Shown here: one piece after another, positions 21,355 to 32,600 of the stretch
Layout: each line of letters begins with the position of its first letter
Numbering within the stretch: the stretch's first letter is position 1
Assembly (NCBI GenBank): GCA_964016885.1
Contig: OZ024751.1
Coordinates: forward strand, 310,001-374,000
Reading direction: 5' to 3'
Origin: Eledone cirrhosa
Taxonomy: Eukaryota
Length of the DNA: 64,000 nucleotides
Translations under genes and position numbers: made by a program
Notes under the pieces: model-generated
Told to the model about the DNA's origin: nothing
What the model saw: the letters and a program-made list of their open reading frames with translations, nothing else
Database searches by the model: none

Positions 21355-21652
21355 ATGAGACATTATCAATCAGGTGAAATATGAGACATTATCAACCAGG
21401 TGGTATATGAGATGTTATCAACCAGGTGGTATATAAGATATTATCAACCAGGTGGTATATAAGATGTTATCAACCAGGTGGTATATAAGACATTATCAAC
21501 CAGGTGGTATATAAGACATTATCAACCAGGTGGTATATAAGACATTATCAACCAGGTGGTATATAAGACATTATCAACCAGGTGGTATATGAGATGTTAT
21601 CAACCAGGTGGTATATAAGACATTATCAACCAGGTGGTATATGAGACAATCA
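21355..21652. repeat. 26-bp minisatellite (GACATTATCAACCAGGTGGTATATAA)n, about 11 copies
   Basis: Directly visible. Confidence 0.95.
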
Positions 21653-22029
21653 AGTTCAGCAAAGTTTTACGTGGATTTAATATAAAAGAAATGTTAAAAT
21701 AATATGGATACAAGTAGTTTTTGTTTTGTTTTGTTTTTTTTCTACTCTTTAATCACAGAGAAAAGGGTAGTTAGTACCCATGGCCCTTTTCAGGGCCTTC
21801 AAGATTAGTGGAAGGGAGGAGCGTTAACTCAATTGAGACACCTACCTAGTTTGAATGCTGCAACAGAATGAAATCACAGATCAAATTAATACTTAAGTGG
21901 AGTTACTAATCTCTCAGATGAGCTGGTGGCCTGCATCTCGCTTACATACAGTCCTGCACACTACTGAGTGCTCAGATGAACTAGGAGCTCACATCTTGAT
22001 AACAGTACTTATCTCAATTTCTGAGCGTA

Positions 22030-22235
22030 CAAGACTTTCTCCTGGACAGGACGCCAGTCCAATGCAGGGTTAAACCCCCAGCTATTGCTGGTACTCATTT
22101 TCAGCTGAGTATACTGGAGCAATGTGAAATAAAGTGTTTTACTCAAGAACACAACACACAACCCAGTCAAGGAATTGAACCCATGACATTATTATCGTAG
22201 GTCCAACACCCTTACCACAAAGCCAAGTGCCTCCC
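22030..22235 (-). mobile_element. CORE-type SINE
   Basis: ctcattttcagctgagtatactggagcaatgtgaaataaagtgttttactcaagaacacaac...ggaattgaaccc, the reverse complement of the family at 17040. Confidence 0.8.
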
Positions 22236-22539
22236 TATTCAGTTAGTACCAGTTCTTAATGCCCCAATAACATTGGGTTTACTTCCGTGGAGACATTCCA
22301 CAATCCCCCTCTCTTACCCCTCTTGTGGCTGTATTTCTAATGAAATACTGCATTTTAATTAATTAATGAGGAATTCTTTTTCTATCTCTAGGGGTAATTT
22401 ACCCAATTTTATAAAGGAATCAAACTTACAACATTAAGATTGTAAGTCCAACGCCCTTACCACTAGGCCATGCACCTCCACCACCAAGGTGAGGTAGGGA
22501 TATTAGTTTAGTAAAGAGAAGTGAAAACCCTAAACTTAC

Positions 22540-22621
22540 CACATGCTTTGCAGAGGCTATTGTACAAATAACAATACCAACACTGATCATAAACACTGCA
22601 AGGTATTTACTTATCTTATAT
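22540..22621 (-). CDS. SLC35B4: SLC35B4 internal exon, first exon present in the window (82 bp; (R)YKISKYLAVFMISVGIVICTIASAKHV)
   Basis: Minus-strand acceptor tttcag and donor GTG|gtaagt. Peptide resembles human RYSIFKYTSIALVSVGIFICTFMSAKQV (recalled). Phase 0 end fits the next exon. Confidence 0.92.
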
Positions 22622-22875
22622 CTGAAATAGAGATATAGAAATATTAATTTATCTCCATCATCACTACCACCAACACCATCACTGCCAATGTCACCACCAG
22701 TGTTCCCACCACCATCACCACTAACACTGCCGCCATTATCACTGCCACCACCACCCATATCCTGGTCACCCTATGAATATTTTAGCCGACCCTCATATGA
22801 TGGTATTTCTGAATGGTTCAGAAAGGATACCTCCAGGGTAAAAGTTCAAAAGATATTATAATGTTTAACAGTTAA

Positions 22876-23104
22876 CCTTTTTATGACCACATTTCTAATG
22901 AAATACATTCTATTTTAATTAATTAATAAAAAATTTGGGGGATTTACTAAAATTATTAATTATTTCATTACTAAGATAGTAACTTAATGAGAGGTTCTTA
23001 TAAAAATCATGTTGGAGGATTTTAATTTAAATTGGAAACCTTTAAAATGTGTGTTTTATTTAATAAAACCAGAGCCAGTTTTGGACAGATTGGTAACTAA
23101 AGGG
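22876..23104 (-). mobile_element. piggyBac-type MITE, inverted copy of 10609-10840
   Basis: Colinear reverse-complement similarity, e.g. gggatttactaaaattattaattatttcatta and ttggtaactaaaggg. TTAA is present on the left side only. Confidence 0.75.
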
Positions 23105-23624
23105 ACATAATATTATCTAATCCTTAAATAGATATTTTTAAAAAATTGTTCCACCTCTCATACTGTTGGTCATAAATTTACTACATTGGGACTTTTCTGT
23201 GGTTAGAAAACACTAACGATTTTTACATTGCCTTCTAAAAAAAAAAAAAAAACTAACCACTGTTATTTAACAATAGTTTGTGAAGACACAAGGCCTAACC
23301 CTTAGGCTGTTGCACTTAGAATCACGAAATGAACACAAGTAATTTATTCTTTGATCTTTAGTTTTCCAGTATAATAGGAAGTTAGATTAAAAACTATTGG
23401 TCCAGAACTTAACATGTCATAAAATGATTTAGTGTTCAGACACCAACAATAATAAAGTGCAGCTTTTGACATGCAGTAAAGTAGATCTGAGTCATTGATG
23501 CATAATATCATTAGTGGGTAGATATATAAGAAAGTAGATGTGTGTGTGATCCACTACACTGAAATATTTCACCAGATCAATGACAGATGGTGGTGGTGGT
23601 CAGGAGTGGTGCAGTATAATGGTG

Positions 23625-26600
23625 GCAGGTTGAGAGTGGGAATTACAGGAGGTTGAGGATGGGCAGTAGGAGGGAAAGGGTGAGTGTGGGTAGTATAGTA
23701 GGGAGAGGAGGTTGAATGTGGGTAGTATAGAAGAGAGAGGTTGAGTGTGGGCAGTGTAGTAGGAGAGGAGGTTGAGTGTGGGCAGTATAGAAGGAACAGC
23801 TTGAGTGTGGGCAGTATAGAAGAAACAGGTTGAGTGTGGGTTGTGTAGTAGGGACGGGTTGAGTGTGGGTAGTGTAGAAGGGACAGACAGGTTGATATGG
23901 GTAGTGTAGTAGGGACAGGTTGAGAGGGGGTAGTGTAGTAGGGACAGGTTGAGTGTGGGTAGTGTAGTAGGGACAGGTTGTTGTGGGTAGTGTAGAAGGG
24001 ACAGGTTGAGTGTGGGTAGTGTAGTAGGGACAGGTTGAGTGTGGCTAGTGTAGTAGGGACAGGTTGAGTGTGGGTAGTGTAGAAGGGACAGACAGGTTGA
24101 TGTGGGTAGTGTAGTAGGGACAGGTTGAGAGTGGGTAGTGTAGTAGGGACAGGTTGAGTGTGGGTAGTGTAGTAGGGACAGGTTGTTGTGGGTAGTGTAG
24201 AAGGGACAGGTTGAGTGTGGGTAGTGTAGTAGGGACAGGTTGAGTGTGGTTAGTGTAGTAGGGACAGGTTGAGTGTGGGTAGTGTAGTATGGACAGGTTG
24301 AGTGTAGGTAGTGTAGTAGGGACAGGTTGATTGTGGGTAGTGTAGTAGGGACAGGTTGTTGTGGGTAGTGTAGTATGGACAGGTTGAGTGTGGGTAGTGT
24401 AGTAGGGACAGGTTGTTGTGGGTAGTGTAGAAGGGACAGGTTGAGTGTGGGTAGTGTAGTAGGGACAGGTTGAGTGTGGCTAATGTAGTAGGGACAGGTT
24501 GAGTGTGGGTAGTGTAGAAGGGACAGACAGGTTGATGTGGGTAGTGTAGTAGGGACAGGTTGAGTGTGGGTAGTGTAGTAGGGACAGGTTGTTGTGGGTA
24601 GTTTAGAAAGGACAGGTTGAGTGTGGGTAGTGTAGTAGGGACAGGTTGAGTGTGGTTAGTGTAGTAGGGACAGGTTGAGTGTGGGTAGTGTAGTATGGAC
24701 AGGTTGAGTGTAGGTAGTGTAGTAGGGACAGGTTGATTGTGGGTAGTGTAGTAGGGACAGGTTGTTGTGGGTAGTGTAGTATGGACAGGTTGAGTGTGGG
24801 TAGTGTAGTAGGGACAGGTTGAGTGTAGGTAGTGTAGTAGGGACAGGTTGAGTGTGGGTAGTGTAGAAGGGACAGGTTGAGTGTGGCTAGTGTAGTAGGG
24901 ACAGGTGGAGTGTAGGTAGTGTAGTAGGGACAGGTTGAGTGTAGGTAGTGTAGTAGGGACAGGTTGATTGTGGGTAGTGTAGTAGGGACAGGTTGAGTGT
25001 GGGTAGTGTAGAAGGGACAGGTTGAGTGTGGGTAGTGTAGTAGGGACAGGTTGAGTGTAGGTAGTGTAGTAGGGACAGGTTGAGTGTGGGTAGTGTAGAA
25101 GGGACAGGTTGAGTGTGGCTAGTATAGTAGGGACAGGTTGAGTGTGGCTAGTGTAGTAGGGACAGGTTGAGTGTAGGTAGTGTAGTAGGGACAGGTTGAG
25201 TGTAGGTAGTGTAGTAGGGACAGGTTGAGTGTGGGTAGTGTAGAAGGGACAGGTTGAGTGTGGGTAGTGTAGAAGGGACAGGTTGACTGTGGGTAGTGTA
25301 GTAGGGACAGGCTGAGAGTGGGTAGTGTAGTAGGGACTGGTTGAATGTGGGTAGTATAGTAGGGACAGGTTGATGTGGGTACTGTAGAAGGGACAGGTTG
25401 ATTGTGGGTAGTGTAGTAGGGACAGGTTGTTGTGGGTAGTGTAGTAGGGACAGGTTGAGTGTGGGTAGTGTAGTAGGGACAGGTTGAGTGTAGGTAGTGT
25501 AGTAGGGACAGGTTGAGTGTGGGTAGTGTATAAGGGACAGGTTGAGTGTGGGTAGTGTAGAAGGGACAGGTTGAGTGTGGCTAGTGTAGTAGGGACAGGT
25601 GGAGTGTAGGTAGTGTAGTAGGGACAGGTTGAGTGTAGGTAGTGTAGTAGGGACAGGTTGATTGTGGGTAGTGTAGTAGGGACAGGTTGAGTGTGGGTAG
25701 TGTAGAAGGGACAGGTTGAGTGTGGGTAGTGTAGTAGGGACAGGTTGAGTGTAGGTAGTGTAGTAGGGACAGGTTGAGTGTGGGTAGTGTAGAAGGGACA
25801 GGTTGAGTGTGGCTAGTATAGTAGGGACAGGTTGAGTGTGGCTAGTGTAGTAGGGACAGGTTGAGTGTAGGTAGTGTAGTAGGGACAGGTTGAGTGTAGG
25901 TAGTGTAGTAGGGACAGGTTGAGTGTGGGTAGTGTAGAAGGGACAGGTTGAGTGTGGGTAGTGTAGAAGGGACAGGTTGATTGTGGGTAGTGTAGTAGGG
26001 ACAGGCTGAGAGTGGGTAGTGTAGTAGGGACTGGTTGAGTGTGGGTAGTGTAGTAGGGACAGGTTGAGTGGGGGTAGTGTAGAAGGGACAGGTTGATTGT
26101 GGGTAGTGTAGTACGGACAGGTTGATTGTGGGTAGTGTAGTAGGGACAGGTTGAGTGTGGGTAGTGTAGTAGGGACAGGTTGAGTGTGGCTAGTGTAGTA
26201 GGGACAGGTTGAGAGTGGGTAGTGTAGTAGGGACAGGCTGTTGTGGGTAGTGTAGAAGGGACAGGTTGATTGTGGGTAGTGTAGTAGGGAGAGGTTGTTG
26301 TGGGTAGTGTAGTAGGGACAGGTTAATGTGGGTAGTGTAGTAGGGACAGGATGAGTGTGGGTAGTGTAGTAGGGACAGACAGGTTGATGTGGGTAGTGTA
26401 GAAGGGACAGGTTGATGTGGGTAGTGTAGTAGGGACAGGTTGAGTGTGGCTAGTGTAGTAGGGACAGTTTGATGTGGGTAGTGTAGTCGGGACAGGTTGA
26501 TGTGGGTAGTGTAGTAGGGACAGGTTGAGTGTGGGTAGTGTAGCAGGGACAGGCTGAGTGTGGGTAGTGTAGTAGGGACAGGCTGAGTGTGGGTAGTGTA

Positions 26601-29600
26601 GTAGGGACAGGTTGATTGTGGGTAGTGTAGTAGGGACAGGTTGAGTGTGGGTAGTGTAGTAGGGACAGGTTGAGTGTGGGTAGTGTAGTAGGGACAGGTT
26701 GAGTGTGGGTAGTGTAGTAGGGACAGGTTGAGTGTGGGTAGTGTAGTAGGGACAGGTTTAGTGTGGGTAGTGTAGTAGGGACAGGTTAAGTGTGGGTAGT
26801 GTAGAAGGGACAGGTTGAGTGTGGCTAGTGTAGTAGGGACAGGCTGAGTGTAGGTAGAGTAGTAGGGACAGGTTGATTGTGGGTAGTGTAGTAGGGACAG
26901 GTTGAGTGTGGGTAGTGTAGTAGGGACAGGTTGAGTGTGGCTAGTGTAGTAGGAACAGGCTGAGTGTAGGTAGTGTAGTAGGGACAGATTGAGTGTGGCT
27001 AGTGTAGTAGGGACAGGTTGAGTGTGGATAGTGTAGTATGGACAGGTTGAGTGTAGGTAGTGTAGTAGGGACAGGTTGATTGTGGGTAGTGTAGTAGGGA
27101 CAGGTTGTTGTGGGTAGTGTAGTAGGGACAGGTTGAGTGTAGGTAGTGTAGTAGGGACAGGTTGAGTGTGGGTAGTGTAGAAGGGACAGGTTGAGTGTGG
27201 GTAGTGTAGAAGGGACAGGTTGAGTGTGGCTAGTGTAGTAGGGACAAGCTGAGAGTGGGTAGTGTAGTAGGGACTGGTTGAGTGTGGGTAGTGTAGTAGG
27301 GACAGGTTGAGTGTGGCTAGTGTAGTAGGGACAGGTTGAGAGTGGGTAGTGTAGTAGGGACAGGCTGTTGTGGGTAGTGTAGAAGGGACAGGTTGATTGT
27401 GGGTAGTGTAGAAGGGACAGGTTGATTGTGGGTAGTGTAGTAGGGACAGGCTGAGAGTGGGTAGTGTAGTAGGGACTGGTTGAGTGTGGGTAGTGTAGTA
27501 GGGACAGGTTGAGTGGGGGTAGTGTAGAAGGGACAGGTTGATTGTGGGTAGTGTAGTACGGACAGGTTGATTGTGGGTAGTGTAGTAGGGACAGGTTGAG
27601 TGTGGGTAGTGTAGTAGGGACAGGTTGAGTGTGGCTAGTGTAGTAGGGACAGGTTGAGAGTGGGTAGTGTAGTAGGGACAGGCTGTTGTGGGTAGTGTAG
27701 AAGGGACAGGTTGATTGTGGGTAGTGTAGTAGGGAGAGGTTGTTGTGGGTAGTGTAGTAGGGACAGGTTAATGTGGGTAGTGTAGTAGGGACAGGATGAG
27801 TGTGGGTAGTGTAGTAGGGACAGACAGGTTGATGTGGGTAGTGTAGAAGGGACAGGTTGATGTGGGTAGTGTAGTAGGGACAGGTTGAGTGTGGCTAGTG
27901 TAGTAGGGACAGTTTGATGTGGGTAGTGTAGTCGGGACAGGTTGATGTGGGTAGTGTAGTAGGGACAGGTTGAGTGTGGGTAGTGTAGCAGGGACAGGCT
28001 GAGTGTGGGTAGTGTAGTAGGGACAGGCTGAGTGTGGGTAGTGTAGTAGGGACAGGTTGATTGTGGGTAGTGTAGTAGGGACAGGTTGAGTGTGGGTAGT
28101 GTAGTAGGGACAGGTTGAGTGTGGGTAGTGTAGTAGGGACAGGTTGAGTGTGGGTAGTGTAGTAGGGACAGGTTGAGTGTGGGTAGTGTAGTAGGGACAG
28201 GTTTAGTGTGGGTAGTGTAGTAGGGACAGGTTAAGTGTGGGTAGTGTAGAAGGGACAGGTTGAGTGTGGCTAGTGTAGTAGGGACAGGCTGAGTGTAGGT
28301 AGAGTAGTAGGGACAGGTTGATTGTGGGTAGTGTAGTAGGGACAGGTTGAGTGTGGGTAGTGTAGTAGGGACAGGTTGAGTGTGGCTAGTGTAGTAGGAA
28401 CAGGCTGAGTGTAGGTAGTGTAGTAGGGACAGGTTGAGTGTGGCTAGTGTAGTAGGGACAGGTTGAGTGTGGATAGTGTAGTATGGACAGGTTGAGTGTA
28501 GGTAGTGTAGTAGGGACAGGTTGATTGTGGGTAGTGTAGTAGGGACAGGTTGTTGTGGGTAGTGTAGTAGGGACAGGTTGAGTGTAGGTAGTGTAGTAGG
28601 GACAGGTTGAGTGTGGGTAGTGTAGAAGGGACAGGTTGAGTGTGGGTAGTGTAGAAGGGACAGGTTGAGTGTGGCTAGTGTAGTAGGGACAAGCTGAGAG
28701 TGGGTAGTGTAGTAGGGACTGGTTGAGTGTGGGTAGTGTAGTAGGGACAGGTTGAGTGTGGCTAGTGTAGTAGGGACAGGTTGAGAGTGGGTAGTGTAGT
28801 AGGGACAGGCTGTTGTGGGTAGTGTAGAAGGGACAGGTTGATTGTGGGTAGTGTAGTAGGGACAGGTTAAGTGTGGGTAGTGTAGTAGGGACAGACAGGT
28901 TGATGTGGGTAGTGTAGTAGGGACAGGTTGTTGTGGGTAGTGTAGTAGGGACAGGTTGAGTGTGGGTAGTGTAGTAGGGACAGGTTGAGTGTGGCTAGTG
29001 TAGTAGGGACAGTTTGATGTGGGTAGTGTAGTCGGGACAGGTTGATGTGGGTAGTGTAGTAGGGACAGGTTGAGTGTGGGTAGTGTAGTTGGGACAGGCT
29101 GAGTGTGGGTAGTGTAGTAGGGACAGGCTGAGTGTGGGTAGTGTAGTAGGGACAGGTTGATAGTGGGTAGTGTAGTAGGGACAGGTTGATTGTGGGTAGT
29201 GTAGTAGGGACAGGTTGATTGTGGGTAGTGTAGTAGGGACAGGTTGAGTGTCGGTAGTGTAGTAGGGACAGGATGAGTGTGGATAGTGTAGTAGGGACAG
29301 GTTGAGTGTGGGTAGTGTAGTAGGGACAGGTTAAGTGTGGGTAGTGTAGTATGGACAGGTTGAGTGTGGCTAGTGTAGAAGGGACAGGCTGAGTGTAGGT
29401 AGTGTAGTAGGGACAGGTTGATTGTGGGTAGTGTAGTAGGGACAGGTTGAGTGTGGGTAGTGTAGTAGGGACAGGTTGAGTGTGGCTAGTGCAGTAGGAA
29501 CAGGCTGAGTGTAGGTAGTGTAGTAGGGACAGGTTGAGTGTGGCTAGTGTAGTAGGGACAGGTTGAGTGTGGATAGTGTAGTATGGACAGGTTGAGTGTA

Positions 29601-32600
29601 GGTAGTGTAGTAGGGACAGGTTGATTGTGGGTAGTTTAGTAGGGACAGGTTGTTGTGGGTAGTGTAGTAGGGACAAGTTGAGTGTAGGTAGTGTAGTAGG
29701 GACAGGTTGAGTGTGGGTAGTGTAGAAGGGACAGGTTGAGTGTGGCTAGTGTAGTAGGGACAAGCTGAGAGTGGGTAGTGTAGTAGGGACTGGTTGAGTG
29801 TGGGTAGTGTAGTAGGGACAGGTTGAGTGTGGCTAGTGTAGTAGGGACAGGTTGAGTGTGGCTAGTTTAGTAGGAACAGGCTGAGAGTGGGTAGTGTAGT
29901 AGGGACAGGCTGTTGTGGGTAGTGTAGAAGAGACAGGTTGATTGTGGGTAGTGTAGTAGGGACAGGTTGATGTGGGTAGTGTAGTAGGGACAGGTTGAGT
30001 GTGGGTAGTGTAGTAGGGACAGGCTGAGTGTGGGTAGTGTAGTAGGGACAGGTTGAGTGTGGGTAGTGTAGTAGGGACAGGTTGATTGTGGGTAGTGTAG
30101 TAGGGACAGGTTGATTGTGGGTAGTGTAGTAGGGACAGGTTGATGTGGGTAGTGTAGTAGGGACAGGTTGAGTGTGGGTAGTGTAGTAGGGACAGGTTGA
30201 GTGTGGGTAGTGTAGAAGGGACAGGTTGAGTGTGGGTAGTTTAGTAGGGACAGGTTGTTGTAGGTAGTGTAGTAGGGACAGGTTGATTGTGGGTAGTGTA
30301 GTAGGGACAGGTTGAGTGTGGGTAGTTCAGTAGGGACAGGTTGAGTGTGGGTAGTGTAGTATGGACAGGTTGAGTGTAGGTAGTGTAGTAGGGACAGGTT
30401 GATTGTGGGTAGTGTAGTAGGGACAGGTTGTTGTGGGTAGTGTAGTATGGACAGGTTGAGTGTGGGTAGTGTAGTATGGACAGGTTGAGTGTAGGTAGTG
30501 TAGTAGGGACAGGTTGAGTGTGGGTAGTGTAGAAGGGACAGGTTGAGTGTGGCTAGTGTAGTAGGGACAGGTGGAGTGTAGGTAGTGTAGTAGGGACAGG
30601 TTGATTGTGGGTAGTGTAGTAGGGACAGGTTGAGTGTGGGTAGTGTAGTAGGGACAGGTTGAGTGTAGGTAGTGTAGTAGGGACAGGTTGAGTGTGGGTA
30701 ATGTATAAGGGACAGGTTGAGTGTGGCTAGTGTAGTAGGGACAGGTTGAGTGTAGGTAGTGTAGTAGGGACAGGTTGAGTGTAGGTAGTGTAGTAGGGAC
30801 AGGTTGAGTGTAGGTAGTGTAGTAGGGACAGGTTGAGTGTGGGTAGTGTAGAAGGCACAGGTTGAGTGTGGGTAGTGTAGAAGGGACAGGTTGATTGTGG
30901 GTAGTGTAGTAGGGACAGGCTGAGAGTGGGTAGTGTAGTAGGGACTGGTTGAGTGTGGGTAGTGTAGTAGGGACAGGTTGAGTGGGGGTAGTGTAGAAGG
31001 GACAGGTTGATTGTGGGTAGTGTAGTACGGACAGGTTGATTGTGGGTAGTGTAGTAGGGACAGGTTGAGTGTGGGTAGTGTAGTAGGGACAGGTTGAGTG
31101 TGGCTAGTGTAGTAGGGACAGGTTGAGAGTGGGTAGTGTAGTAGGGACAGGCTGTTGTGGGTAGTGTAGAAGGGACAGGTTGATTGTGGGTAGTGTAGTA
31201 GGGAGAGGTTGTTGTGGGTAGTGTAGTAGGGACAGGTTAATGTGGGTAGTGTAGTAGGGACAGGATGAGTGTGGGTAGTGTAGTAGGGACAGACAGGTTG
31301 ATGTGGGTAGTGTAGAAGGGACAGGTTGATGTGGGTAGTGTAGTAGGGACAGGTTGAGTGTGGCTAGTGTAGTAGGGACAGTTTGATGTGGGTAGTGTAG
31401 TCGGGACAGGTTGATGTGGGTAGTGTAGTAGGGACAGGTTGAGTGTGGGTAGTGTAGCAGGGACAGGCTGAGTGTGGGTAGTGTAGTAGGGACAGGCTGA
31501 GTGTGGGTAGTGTAGTAGGGACAGGTTGATTGTGGGTAGTGTAGTAGGGACAGGTTGAGTGTGAGTAGTGTAGTAGGGACAGGTTGAGTGTGGGTAGTGT
31601 AGTAGGGACAGGTTGAGTGTGGGTAGTGTAGTAGGGACAGGTTGAGTGTGGGTAGTGTAGTAGGGACAGGTTTAGTGTGGGTAGTGTAGTAGGGACAGGT
31701 TAAGTGTGGGTAGTGTAGAAGGGACAGGTTGAGTGTGGCTAGTGTAGTAGGGACAGGCTGAGTGTAGGTAGAGTAGTAGGGACAGGTTGATTGTGGGTAG
31801 TGTAGTAGGGACAGGTTGAGTGTGGGTAGTGTAGTAGGGACAGGATGAGTGTGGCTAGTGTAGTAGGAACAGGCTGAGTGTAGGTAGTGTAGTAGGGACA
31901 GGTTGAGTGTGGCTAGTGTAGTAGGGACAGGTTGAGTGTGGATAGTGTAGTATGGACAGGTTGAGTGTAGGTAGTGTAGTAGGGACAGGTTGATTGTGGG
32001 TAGTGTAGTAGGGACAGGTTGTTGTGGGTAGTGTAGTAGGGACAGGTTGAGTGTAGGTAGTGTAGTAGGGACAGGTTGAGTGTGGGTAGTGTAGAAGGGA
32101 CAGGTTGAGTGTGGGTAGTGTAGAAGGGACAGGTTGAGTGTGGCTAGTGTAGTAGGGACAAGCTGAGAGTGGGTAGTGTAGTAGGAACTGGTTGAGTGTG
32201 GGTAGTGTAGTAGGGACAGGTTGAGTGTGGCTAGTGTAGTAGGGACAGGTTGAGAGTGGGTAGTGTAGTAGGGACAGGCTGTTGTGGGTAGTGTAGAAGG
32301 GACAGGTTGATTGTGGGTAGTGTAGTAGGGACAGGTTAAGTGTGGGTAGTGTAGTAGGGACAGACAGGTTGATGTGGGTAGTGTAGTAGGGACAGGTTGT
32401 TGTGGGTAGTGTAGTAGGGACAGGTTGAGTGTGGGTAGTGTAGTAGGGACAGGTTGAGTGTGGCTAGTGTAGTAGGGACAGTTTGATGTGGGTAGTGTAG
32501 TCGGGACAGGTTGATGTGGGTAGTGTAGTAGGGACAGGTTGAGTGTGGGTAGTGTAGTTGGGACAGGCTGAGTGTGGGTAGTGTAGTAGGGACAGGCTGA

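Noticed and set aside
22622-23600. Next upstream SLC35B4 exon (GSLIANM.LG..IL.K-like)
   Set aside because: No matching peptide with splice sites was found by eye. The region holds simple repeats, a MITE and AT-rich sequence.
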